Positions 48,601-57,676 of a stretch of 64,000 nt of DNA are shown here, one piece after another. Position 1 is the stretch's first letter; every line of letters starts with the position of its first letter. Below the pieces are notes generated by a model that saw only the letters and a list, made by a program, of their open reading frames with translations, did not search any database and was not told where the DNA came from. Position numbers and translations under genes: made by a program. Origin of the DNA: a virus; IMG/VR virus record IMGVR_UViG_3300035698_022389, positions 32,001 to 96,000 of that record, one strand, 5' to 3'.

Positions 48601-51600
48601 TATTGCCAGGTTACCGCCTTAAATTGACGGCTGGTGATGCCAAAGGTTCCTATGTTGTCGAGAGTGTGGATTCAGATACTTCTTTGACTGTTTCTCCTGC
48701 ATTCCTCTGGACTTCAGAGTACCCTACAACTTGGGAATTATTTGAAGGTTATACCCGAGATGTTTATGACCCGATGATTGTGGCTGATATGCTGTACAAA
48801 GAATTCAGTCCCTTGTCAGAAGAACCCTTCAAAGTTCGGGTTTTGTCATATCTAGGCCTTGTTCCCGAAGATTCTTCGGCACAAACTACAGGACGTTTGA
48901 TGGCAAATGTTGAAGGAGCTTTGTCTAGTAACAGGCCAATCAACCTTCGATACAAGCCAGAGGCTCCAATAGCGGAAAACACAGTAGGTTTGTCATGGCT
49001 GACAAAAGTGGGTATTGGGGTCATGGAAAATGGTGCCCAAATCATTCCTGACGTAACATCCATTCGATTTACATCAAAGGCATTTAGTATTCAAATCGGG
49101 ACGGTCGTTTACAGTCATGGTGATTTAACATACCCTTTGGAGGGTGTTTTGTCCTTCAGCAATGATCCTGGTACTTCTGTGGAGTATTTGACAGTAGACG
49201 CAGATTTCCCGAAAGGGATGCTAAAATTTGGTTCAGGCGTACTGAGTACATATGCTGAGAGTCATGTGTTGGTGAAAGGTGAATTCCTTGACCCCACATA
49301 TCTGGCTGCTTTGCATGGAGAATTAAGTCCTTGGACAGGTACCGTGAACCTTTCGGATACAGACTTAGCTGCATTTGCTGGGGAACGAACTTATTTTGTC
49401 GAGCAAATGGATACTAAGAAGGATTTATCTGTTCAACCAATGAGTGGAAGTTGTGCATTCCTTCGACCTCTCCCGAAAGGTGTGTTGGTTGAGATGGAAT
49501 ATTATGGGGCTGATTTGGAAGGACGGAAACTGCAATATCCTGTCTTGTCCTTAGAGGGTGAACCCACGGGGATGACAGAACCTCGTCAGATTACAGAGTT
49601 TCTGCCTGTGTTCATCCGAGATGAGATTGCAGTAAGAGAAAGCAACAGGGTTTTCACATTCAATATTGCAAGTAATACCGTCTATCAGGGCATCGACCCT
49701 ATTATTTATATTCGGGCAGCCCAGCAGAATTATAACGAAACTAATTGTGTGATTGATTATCTTCCTGATGGCCGAGGCCAAATTACCTTCCTCACGTATG
49801 ACGTGACGGAGGGGGTAGATGTGAAAGTCACTTATGCCGTTGCCGAGTCTCAAGGTGGAGAACGAGCATATGAAACCAGTATTAAGCCCGTCTACCGTCC
49901 TCCATTTTACATCACTGCTAATCAGAATCGGTTTGGTATTCGTGGTGACAGAACAGGTGAGTTTGAAGCAGGCCAGATGCTTCGGTTTGGAAAAGAAAAT
50001 TTCTACGTCAAAGACACCAGATATTACCCTGAGATAACGGATTCTGATGGAAACGTCACTGGGGATATTACCGCAGTTTATATTTACCCAAATACAATTC
50101 AGGAGGTCGGTACAAGGGCACCTGCTAGGGACATTCTTGCCCTCCAGACATTGATGCCTATTACCCCCGTGGTTGACCCACAAGGAACAACACCTGTAAA
50201 TACGGGTGCCAATGCAGGTTTGATGTATAATGTGGACATCACAGAATTCCCTTTTGAGCCAATGAATCGTGGGCAAACGGACATTGTGTTTACTGGAAAC
50301 CTGACGTTCCTGGCAGTTCCAGGGCATGTTATTGAATTTGGTGGTGTGCCTTACACTATTGTGGGATCCTCATTATCTGATGATGGTTCTCGGACAGTTG
50401 TTTCGGTTGCTTCTGGCATCCGTCGGGCATTTGAGATGGCCCAGGAACCCACAATCCGACTTACTTACCGTCCTATTTATCCTCCTAACGTGGTAGATTT
50501 ACTGGGGGTTGGAGCTTTTGTGCCCGAAGAAGGGTATGAGTTGGTGCAGTATGGTTTGATGAATGATGATGGGGATGAACTTCCAGGTAAGTCTTTAGTG
50601 AATACCGTTGATTACATATTTGATGTGGGGAACGGGAAAGTTACACTTTTGGAACCCATTCAGGAACCGTTGAATGTTCCTGAATCTCTAGTCATGTCAT
50701 TCGTGCGACTCAGGCAGCTTGCTCCTTACGTGGAGAATGGGGCAATTGTCCGACCTACATATTCAGCTAGTTACCTGAATTCTATTGCTCCGAATAAAGA
50801 CAATGATTTGTTGGGAGCAACTCTCCGTGGGACATATACGTTCAGAAGCCCAGACACTTTCTATTTCCGAATCGTCCCGATGTCTCAGTTTCTGGTGGAG
50901 GTCACGACGGAAATCATAGATGAAATCTCCAATCAACAGCCTGCCAGTGGGGCACCCAAGCCTTCTGGTGGGGACGAGAACTGGGACTTTGGCCGGATTG
51001 GTCTGAAGACAGAACGTCGACACTTGATCAACAAAGACCGTGTAGCTCGAACTTTCCTGGATTTTTATAATGTGGCCACCAATTCCTTTGAACAGATTCA
51101 AGAAACTGTTAGCGGTGACATCGTGGGTGACAGAGATGGTAAGTTCCGATTCTGGATTGGTCATGGAAAAGAATGGCCGACACCAGGGTATGAAGATGAA
51201 ATTACAGGGGATTTAACCCCCCGGAATGTCTGGACAGAGGTTTTCTCTGCATTTGCTGATAATGATCCTATCCGATACGTTTATGTTCAATCTTATGATA
51301 AACTCGTGAATCCCGAGTCATACGGAGTTAAGGATTCAGAATTACTTGGAGGTGTCCCAGACATTGACATTTTGAATTTGATGATGGATACTCAGAAAGA
51401 CCTCGTGACCAATGAGGTAGATGATGTTGTTTTAACTCGATTCTGGGCACAATTTAAACAAAAACATGGATGGCCTTACTTCTATTTCATCTTGAAGGGG
51501 CGGTTCCGTAGGATGTACGAGAACCATAAGTTTTCTCGTATATTCCCTCGATGGACAAAAACATTCCTTCGTACCAATCCTGGCATCGAATCTGATTTGG

Positions 51601-54600
51601 ATGCTGAGGAACCTGGTTGGTATTCAGCAGGCCGTTATGATTCTGAGGGCGAGTATCGTCGGACGAGCCAGATGGCCATTGGGCAGGTAGCAAATCCTGT
51701 TCTTGGTGACATTGGTGGAATTCATTCCTTGTTTCTGACTAAACGAATGGCCAGGGCCCGAATTTGGCAATATTATCCAAATGGTATTCCTGAAGGTTCC
51801 TTTGGATTGGTGGGGGTATCTCCTTCTCCAGCCATCGAAGTTCCTTGTGTGATTGCAACTCCTGGCTGGATTCGGGATTTCCCGATAGACCCCTCAACAG
51901 GATACCCTGATAAAGTTCAATTCTTGAGTAATGCAGGCGACTTTCCAGACTTGGAAACGGGTGACCCCGAAATGGCTACCCCTCCTTTCATTATTGGAGA
52001 GCAGCTTGGCTGGGGTAAACCTGATGGTAGAGTAGCTGAAGCATATTGTGGTTCCCTATCCAAGAAGTCTGGTGACATCAATAATGCTATGACCGGTTTG
52101 TTTGTCAATGAAGTCCTGTATGGTTGTGTCCTTACGTTCCAAGATGCTGATGGGGATATTGTCACTGATCCAAATAATGTTTTGGTTGGAACTTCTCCAA
52201 CAACAGGCACATTAGCGGAAGATTATTTGGAATTGGGTGACACGGTTCAATCTGTTCCCGTCTCAGGTACCTCTGAGATAAGTAATCCTCCGACGACTGA
52301 GGATATGGAATTGCTGGCTGATAATTCCAGTGTGTATCGTTCGGGTTTTGATGTCAGGCATGCTCAGGATGGCCAATTGCTGGATGTGACGTTGCCCTCT
52401 AAATATGATCCTGTTTTCTGGAACTGGAAAGAAATCTTTGGCCAGAACCCACCACCGCCTCTAACGTGTTTGGAAGGTTCCGTGGAGTTTTACTATGAGG
52501 GTCAGAATCCTCTCCTGATTCCAGCTCTTGAAGGACTGCCACAGGATGATTCAGGTGATTACCATGTTCCATTCCTTCGAGTGACAAACACGGAATTAGA
52601 TAGATACAATGAAGGGGTCATCCTGGCGGATATGCTTAAAGTGGATGACCGAGGTCCATTACCGTGGGGGTTGTACCCTGACGAGTGGTTGGGGAATGAT
52701 GGTTGTGTGACGACCATCCCACCTGATGGCACCCAAGCTTCTATCGTTCCTGCTGATGAACCTGCAACGTTGCTGACGGCTACTAACACACAACCGAAGG
52801 CTACCGTGGCCTCAGAGGAACCTGGTACGGCAGATTTGGATGAATATGACCTGATGTTTATGCAGGTTGAGGGGACAAGCCCGTTTACTAAGCTTGGTGT
52901 CGCTATGAAAGGTCCAATGGGAATTCAATCTGTTGGTCGTATTGTTCCTCGAAATAGTTCCTGGAATTTAGGGCCAGAGGGTCCAACGACAGGGGATGGT
53001 TCGATGATTGAACCTCCTAGGTTCGTTACTCAGACAAAGCTAGGTTCCCCGATTCGATACAAAATCGAAAATGCAATGGTGAGTGATATTCAAGGGATAC
53101 CCCCCTACAATGGAGTGCAGTTACGCACTTATGATTCTTTACCTTTGCCTGCACATTACATAGTGTTGGATTTCACCAGTATTAACATTGATATGAGTGG
53201 CTTGGATGCTATTTATACAGCGTCTAGTGAGAATAAAATTACAGTTAAACTCATATCACATGATGACTCTACCTCTATCATTGGTCCAAGTGGGGTAGCT
53301 GCTCCAGTCCCAGGATCAGTTTTGTTGACATTGGACATCCAACAAAGCACAGGTCTGACAGTTACGAATTATGTTGACCCTCCGGTGACAACGGCAAATT
53401 TGGTTAATGCCCAGTTTGGAATAGACGGGATTGTGATTGCAGCACTTCTTGGTATAAACCCTGCAGATTATATCCCAGGGGACACTCGGTATATTTTACT
53501 GACATTCACTAGCCTTAGTTCTCCGTTGATGGATTTAATTTGGGATGTTCCGAACCCTCCAGTTGGCTCAATAGTCCGTCCAGATTGGTTTATCCCTTAT
53601 GCTGTGCTTGATTACTTAGGGGATCTTTATACCCAAGCTGATTATGGGATGGATTTTGTATTTGACGTGGACACATACAATACGGCAGGGGCAACAGGAG
53701 AATCCACGACAGCATATATTGGTTCCGACCGGTTAACTTTTTACGAAAATATTGATTTTGATTTGGCTCGGGAACGTGGTGCAGTTCATAGTTTGAACCA
53801 TCTCACTGAGTTGGAAACCCAACTGTCCATTTATGAAGTGACCGTTGGGCACGACAGTGTAACCACATATTCTTCTACTATCAACACATTCTGTAATGGG
53901 GAAAGCGCAGGAAACCCTGTACCGTTTACATTCCTCCCACGAGATGGTGTCGTTGCAACCTCTGGTTCTCTTGTCGTCCACGGTTTTGAGGGTTATGATG
54001 GAGCCACGGGGAATTTCCCCATTATTGGTAATCAGGCAACTTTTGCAGGAGCAGCTTCAAACGATCGATGCAAGCTTTTACCGTACTTGCCCGTTTATGG
54101 GAGTATTTGTAAAGGGATTGGGGTGATGGAGAGCCGGTTCGATTCGAGCTTGCTTCCTGCTGTACCCGTACCTCCCCCTTACCCGCCGATTCCTGGTACG
54201 CAGCATCCAGCAGCTTGGTTTTACGATAATCGAGTAACTGAAATCGATCCAACTTCATTATTGTCAGAGGGTGTCGTTACTCGGGTTGAATCTGGGGACA
54301 TTTTGGTTGTCAAACAAGATGTCAACGGTGAAGCCACCACGAAAGCTGGAACTTACTTGGTTAGACATGCTATTCCACAGTACGATCCTGTCCTAGCTCC
54401 CGCAGCTTATTGGTGGTGGTCTGCTCCATCTGCTGTTGCTGGTAATGAGAATGGCTGGTGTCCTGTACATTTCCCAACAGTAGTGGGGTACGATGAAGCT
54501 ACTCATAAATTAACTATTTCTGACCCAGCTTTAATCCTAGCTGTTGAAGAAGGTAATGCTGTTGATGGTTATCCTAAAGACTGGGAATATGGGTTTCCAG

Positions 54601-57446
54601 AACCCGCATTAATACCCGGACCTGGTACGTATACGTTTGTGTATATCATCAGGAATGCTGAGGGGCTTTCAACAGCTGATCCTGGGGGTAGCTTGGGGGA
54701 CGTTGGGTTTGATGCAGCTGTTACAACTTACAAAGAGTCGATTCTCCGGCTTCAGTATACAGATATCAACATTGTTTCTGGTCAGTGTGTGCTAGATATT
54801 TCCCCTCTTAGTACAGTCACAGATGCTTGTTATGTTGGGGGTGATCCTGCAGCAGTTTTGGGGTCTGCAAATGACCCTATTATTTGGACGAATGCTGAAT
54901 TAGCTGCTCTTTTAGATGATGCTTATCAAGTTTCGGGTATGAAAGCATGGCCAGTTAACGTTTCAGGTGAAAATTATGGTTTACCTGCAAACAATGTAGT
55001 TGGCTATGATGATGTGGATGTTGTTGTGAATGGCTTTGAGAGGTTTTATTTTGATAGTCGTTTAACAGACACAACCCCCCAGCTTTGGGTTGCTGATACT
55101 TTGGCTCCTGCCCCTTATATAAAATCAACACTATCAGCATTGGGTTCTAATGAAGTATTCCCTATGATTTATACCCCAGATCCTAGTACTGATTTCTATG
55201 AGGACAAGACTACCCCCGTTTACCATGTGGTTGCCTGTACTATTGTGAATTCCATAGATGAGGCAACTTGGGAAACTTTAGATTGGCCAACAGGTTCTTC
55301 TTACATTGGACGAGATGTAGCAATGCCGAATTTTTATGGTCATTGTCTGCTTCCTGCTTCTCATTTAACATTAGCAGATCCTTCTCAAGATCCTATACTT
55401 CACCCCGATTGGTATAACGGCCACCGAGCACATTCAGGTATTTTCCTGGAGCCGTCAGTTCCACGGCAGGCATTGAATCTGATTGCTGACCACCCTAGAG
55501 TGGTGGATGCCAACGATTCTTTACCTGACCCAGAACTTTTGGCAGACTTAGATAGGGAAATTGGAGCCCGTAGTTCTGATTCTTATGGGACTTTTGCTGG
55601 AGTTGCTCCTGTTCATACTACACCGTCGGCAGTAGTATTTGAGATACGGCGTATTCGACGTTTCCATGATATTCAGAATGTTAACTTGAAGTTGGCACCT
55701 CTCAGATTCGTTTATGAAATACGACGTGGCCGAATCACAGGCTATGATACAAGCTCCACCACAACAGGACAACGAGGGATCGTTGAAGCCCTTGAATTCG
55801 TGATGGATTTCGACCCTGTACCTCATGTGTCGGGTCAATCAAAGACTCCAGATGTATGGAACGATGGGATAGAATATACAGGTACAAACCTCGGGCCTTT
55901 CCTGAATACCTATCTAACTTATCTAACTCCCAACGAAAATGTTAACGTTAATGCTGGGGATATGTTTAGGCTTTTGGATGATGATGGGACAGTATTGGAA
56001 GAAATTCGTATTGAGAGAGTTCTTAATGCCAGTACACTTCAACTGGCTGCTCCTGGTCTTGTTACCAAGACCCCAGCTGAGTTGGCAGCACCAGGCGGCA
56101 AGATGAGGTTTGAGATTTATTTAAGAAAAGCTCCAGTTCCTTTGGAACAGTCTGTCGAAGAATTGTTTGAACTAGTCACTGACAGAGAGATACTTCGGAC
56201 TGATGCTGAGTGGGGTGATACTAATGCTGAGGAATTAGGGGGCTATGTCCCAGAACTTGGGACTGATACTTGGGAGGATGTGGCTAATCATCTGTACGAT
56301 GATCTGAATGTGGCCGCTGGTGTTAATACTTTCGGTGACCTGGGTATCCTTAAAGGTGACATTGTGATTGTAGACCCATTAGGGAAAGTTCCTCAGCGTT
56401 CCGGTCCAAGTCCTTACATTCAGGAACGTGGGATGCGTCCTATTGGGGATATGGGTGTGGTTGGCCGAGTAGGTTACCAGAGTGGGGCAGCCGCAACGTC
56501 CAATCAATACGTTGCAGGTTATCCAGATACTCGTGATGATAACCGAGGTTACTATAGGGTCACTACAATAGATGATACAGGGACACCATTTTTAGAGCTA
56601 ACTGGGGTCTCTACATTCTCTGGGGATGTTGATGAAGATGTGGTGTTCGATTCTACGGATGTTGAACGAGCCTATGCTGTTTACCCAACCGTGCATTTGT
56701 CTCAGTTGAATCCAGCTTCTGATGAAGGCCAGATGGATTTACGACCAACGAAGAAGCGGGTGGCCGACAAGTTTACGACTGATTTTAATTCCATCAGGCC
56801 ATTCTCGTATAGAGTTATCCGACCTTCATCATTGTTCTCGGATGAAACTGTTGATTTGGTTTTGATGATGCGTGAACGGCTTTTGTCTCTCATTGAATTA
56901 ATTGGTAGGGGATTTGAAGGTAAGAGTGGTGATTACTGGGCATTCCAGAAATATCTTCACATTGAAGACCTAGGTTCTACAACGAATGCTGAAGATGGCC
57001 TCGGAGTGTTGTCAAATCTATTCCTGTTATCTGTTCTTGGACGGACTGACATTTCTCCATTCCTGAATAATTCCTCTTGTATTTCCATCCTTGACCGACG
57101 ATTTTGGGTGATGGACCCCAGATTGGATACTTTGGCTCCAGCCCGAGCAGCAGATAATAATCCATTCGGCATGAGGCCTGTTGAGGCATCGGTTGACTAT
57201 CCTTACACTGCCTATAATGACCGTATAGGAGGGAAGGTTCGTCCTGTACAGCCAGACAGGATTGATGATGCTCTTGATCAACGTGACCGATTCCGACCGA
57301 TTCGGTATGTGTGGCTGGCTTACAGAACACACAGAATACTGGGTTCATTGGCTGCTATTAATAGATTTGATATGGAATACGTCCAGCGTCGTGCCGAGCA
57401 GTTAGCACTTCTGCTGAAGCAGGACTCCTTGGAGAAAATAACATGA
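45666..57446 (+). CDS. Giant (3926 aa) virion structural protein, baseplate/fibre-associated
   Basis: Uninterrupted 11.8-kb ORF, acidic and beta-rich, between spike and wedge genes. Confidence 0.7.
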   Translation: MSNFNGKVLEGVRQSPVNSPTTNEPGAGVIRDIRGLPANYILSAPPLICATADQYRVAALDAPGSTIVEYLVWAQNSSQLATVDDASWWTTGGVGNISIGDLEVIAYPGSDQELYMDGTANVIVVDNGNRSIGSISWLVVARGDVEYDDDGWDDVDNPSIPRKGSNPYLAFEIDLNNQNPVSGMVTLTPSQLVQLDGGLSIERGDRIIQPRYTVAAPRFWWTRNDRYEKRFGWDASLQRWEPWKGSGVKNLGYLLLEEASFTMDPKLQNFPLGAFLPGDATPGGEDKYSMIRLGTDPGITSIPAGPGGDFIGIQVKPDDAVEDFDFSVAPTLTGVMGQTNGKLVFNPTYVNLHAGKSVWYSYKGFSKDEDGIIGSIQDALTSDLFLAPLPGPTDALLLRYGNRSYLDSVTFANDASLQAEVATNGDPDEGQIYLSLSTGRLVLSPVDLGKANPGDPNTFSKYYLGDGLVYDGVSLCQRPQPTRSPVKLLAEDGDPTEDADEIFMPEAEYLPGTYHSVDWNNAYRGLGISGILNVSDETGSLPLPGDVPVRPGGDNSYGGGVDPLVTDPNVGMVRRLEDGVSDLIIFGKNHAITLTRSYRIPDDKPSRIRGGNAYVCLQVEGTDPGSRVEMGRYDRQELDGDFIYFLQAALTPATFTAEAKLYSRNRDIFRFDGDEILYFAVDGVPYQWSSSGLVAGYPDQSSFTAEEVVADMATIATLPAGSVVEHLGRILITGTASVEIGWGGTTKDLSGSAVLGFLPGWLAVEGEPCWLPDSGVSVGLFRSPVNQDRSKSTADFAYVDRIRDGLLSESLQPNPYFFLQNPPLQDIAGYGENFFFQLVNYIIDGDDIQIIYKNLEHYKDIIYRFGQKKFDWVDEGSYQLPVERALNILDLGSAGVVPESMMGAPGIPGALYVNTGEGGLVLQYQDDDYILPFGGIPGNATLIHRFGRRVMFGAQGVFTDGSTTFTDANADFNDPDKQVLPGYRLKLTAGDAKGSYVVESVDSDTSLTVSPAFLWTSEYPTTWELFEGYTRDVYDPMIVADMLYKEFSPLSEEPFKVRVLSYLGLVPEDSSAQTTGRLMANVEGALSSNRPINLRYKPEAPIAENTVGLSWLTKVGIGVMENGAQIIPDVTSIRFTSKAFSIQIGTVVYSHGDLTYPLEGVLSFSNDPGTSVEYLTVDADFPKGMLKFGSGVLSTYAESHVLVKGEFLDPTYLAALHGELSPWTGTVNLSDTDLAAFAGERTYFVEQMDTKKDLSVQPMSGSCAFLRPLPKGVLVEMEYYGADLEGRKLQYPVLSLEGEPTGMTEPRQITEFLPVFIRDEIAVRESNRVFTFNIASNTVYQGIDPIIYIRAAQQNYNETNCVIDYLPDGRGQITFLTYDVTEGVDVKVTYAVAESQGGERAYETSIKPVYRPPFYITANQNRFGIRGDRTGEFEAGQMLRFGKENFYVKDTRYYPEITDSDGNVTGDITAVYIYPNTIQEVGTRAPARDILALQTLMPITPVVDPQGTTPVNTGANAGLMYNVDITEFPFEPMNRGQTDIVFTGNLTFLAVPGHVIEFGGVPYTIVGSSLSDDGSRTVVSVASGIRRAFEMAQEPTIRLTYRPIYPPNVVDLLGVGAFVPEEGYELVQYGLMNDDGDELPGKSLVNTVDYIFDVGNGKVTLLEPIQEPLNVPESLVMSFVRLRQLAPYVENGAIVRPTYSASYLNSIAPNKDNDLLGATLRGTYTFRSPDTFYFRIVPMSQFLVEVTTEIIDEISNQQPASGAPKPSGGDENWDFGRIGLKTERRHLINKDRVARTFLDFYNVATNSFEQIQETVSGDIVGDRDGKFRFWIGHGKEWPTPGYEDEITGDLTPRNVWTEVFSAFADNDPIRYVYVQSYDKLVNPESYGVKDSELLGGVPDIDILNLMMDTQKDLVTNEVDDVVLTRFWAQFKQKHGWPYFYFILKGRFRRMYENHKFSRIFPRWTKTFLRTNPGIESDLDAEEPGWYSAGRYDSEGEYRRTSQMAIGQVANPVLGDIGGIHSLFLTKRMARARIWQYYPNGIPEGSFGLVGVSPSPAIEVPCVIATPGWIRDFPIDPSTGYPDKVQFLSNAGDFPDLETGDPEMATPPFIIGEQLGWGKPDGRVAEAYCGSLSKKSGDINNAMTGLFVNEVLYGCVLTFQDADGDIVTDPNNVLVGTSPTTGTLAEDYLELGDTVQSVPVSGTSEISNPPTTEDMELLADNSSVYRSGFDVRHAQDGQLLDVTLPSKYDPVFWNWKEIFGQNPPPPLTCLEGSVEFYYEGQNPLLIPALEGLPQDDSGDYHVPFLRVTNTELDRYNEGVILADMLKVDDRGPLPWGLYPDEWLGNDGCVTTIPPDGTQASIVPADEPATLLTATNTQPKATVASEEPGTADLDEYDLMFMQVEGTSPFTKLGVAMKGPMGIQSVGRIVPRNSSWNLGPEGPTTGDGSMIEPPRFVTQTKLGSPIRYKIENAMVSDIQGIPPYNGVQLRTYDSLPLPAHYIVLDFTSINIDMSGLDAIYTASSENKITVKLISHDDSTSIIGPSGVAAPVPGSVLLTLDIQQSTGLTVTNYVDPPVTTANLVNAQFGIDGIVIAALLGINPADYIPGDTRYILLTFTSLSSPLMDLIWDVPNPPVGSIVRPDWFIPYAVLDYLGDLYTQADYGMDFVFDVDTYNTAGATGESTTAYIGSDRLTFYENIDFDLARERGAVHSLNHLTELETQLSIYEVTVGHDSVTTYSSTINTFCNGESAGNPVPFTFLPRDGVVATSGSLVVHGFEGYDGATGNFPIIGNQATFAGAASNDRCKLLPYLPVYGSICKGIGVMESRFDSSLLPAVPVPPPYPPIPGTQHPAAWFYDNRVTEIDPTSLLSEGVVTRVESGDILVVKQDVNGEATTKAGTYLVRHAIPQYDPVLAPAAYWWWSAPSAVAGNENGWCPVHFPTVVGYDEATHKLTISDPALILAVEEGNAVDGYPKDWEYGFPEPALIPGPGTYTFVYIIRNAEGLSTADPGGSLGDVGFDAAVTTYKESILRLQYTDINIVSGQCVLDISPLSTVTDACYVGGDPAAVLGSANDPIIWTNAELAALLDDAYQVSGMKAWPVNVSGENYGLPANNVVGYDDVDVVVNGFERFYFDSRLTDTTPQLWVADTLAPAPYIKSTLSALGSNEVFPMIYTPDPSTDFYEDKTTPVYHVVACTIVNSIDEATWETLDWPTGSSYIGRDVAMPNFYGHCLLPASHLTLADPSQDPILHPDWYNGHRAHSGIFLEPSVPRQALNLIADHPRVVDANDSLPDPELLADLDREIGARSSDSYGTFAGVAPVHTTPSAVVFEIRRIRRFHDIQNVNLKLAPLRFVYEIRRGRITGYDTSSTTTGQRGIVEALEFVMDFDPVPHVSGQSKTPDVWNDGIEYTGTNLGPFLNTYLTYLTPNENVNVNAGDMFRLLDDDGTVLEEIRIERVLNASTLQLAAPGLVTKTPAELAAPGGKMRFEIYLRKAPVPLEQSVEELFELVTDREILRTDAEWGDTNAEELGGYVPELGTDTWEDVANHLYDDLNVAAGVNTFGDLGILKGDIVIVDPLGKVPQRSGPSPYIQERGMRPIGDMGVVGRVGYQSGAAATSNQYVAGYPDTRDDNRGYYRVTTIDDTGTPFLELTGVSTFSGDVDEDVVFDSTDVERAYAVYPTVHLSQLNPASDEGQMDLRPTKKRVADKFTTDFNSIRPFSYRVIRPSSLFSDETVDLVLMMRERLLSLIELIGRGFEGKSGDYWAFQKYLHIEDLGSTTNAEDGLGVLSNLFLLSVLGRTDISPFLNNSSCISILDRRFWVMDPRLDTLAPARAADNNPFGMRPVEASVDYPYTAYNDRIGGKVRPVQPDRIDDALDQRDRFRPIRYVWLAYRTHRILGSLAAINRFDMEYVQRRAEQLALLLKQDSLEKIT

Positions 57447-57676
57447 GAAACATGACTCCTGAACAATTGGTAGAAGAATTGAAAAACGCAGGTGTAGACC
57501 CTGAACGATGGGTTGATGTTGAAGAAAAAATGGTGAAGCCTGTTGCCTTGGATGAACAACGTCGGTTGTTAACCAAGATGAGGGATATGTTCGAGGGTAT
57601 AGTAGAACAGGACAGGAAGAAAGTGTTGACTCTAAAAGAGCAAGTAGAACGGCTCAAACATGGGGGAGGCGTTTAA
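57443..57676 (+). CDS. Small coiled-coil protein
   Basis: 77 aa, coupled to both neighbours. Confidence 0.55.
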   Translation: MRNMTPEQLVEELKNAGVDPERWVDVEEKMVKPVALDEQRRLLTKMRDMFEGIVEQDRKKVLTLKEQVERLKHGGGV

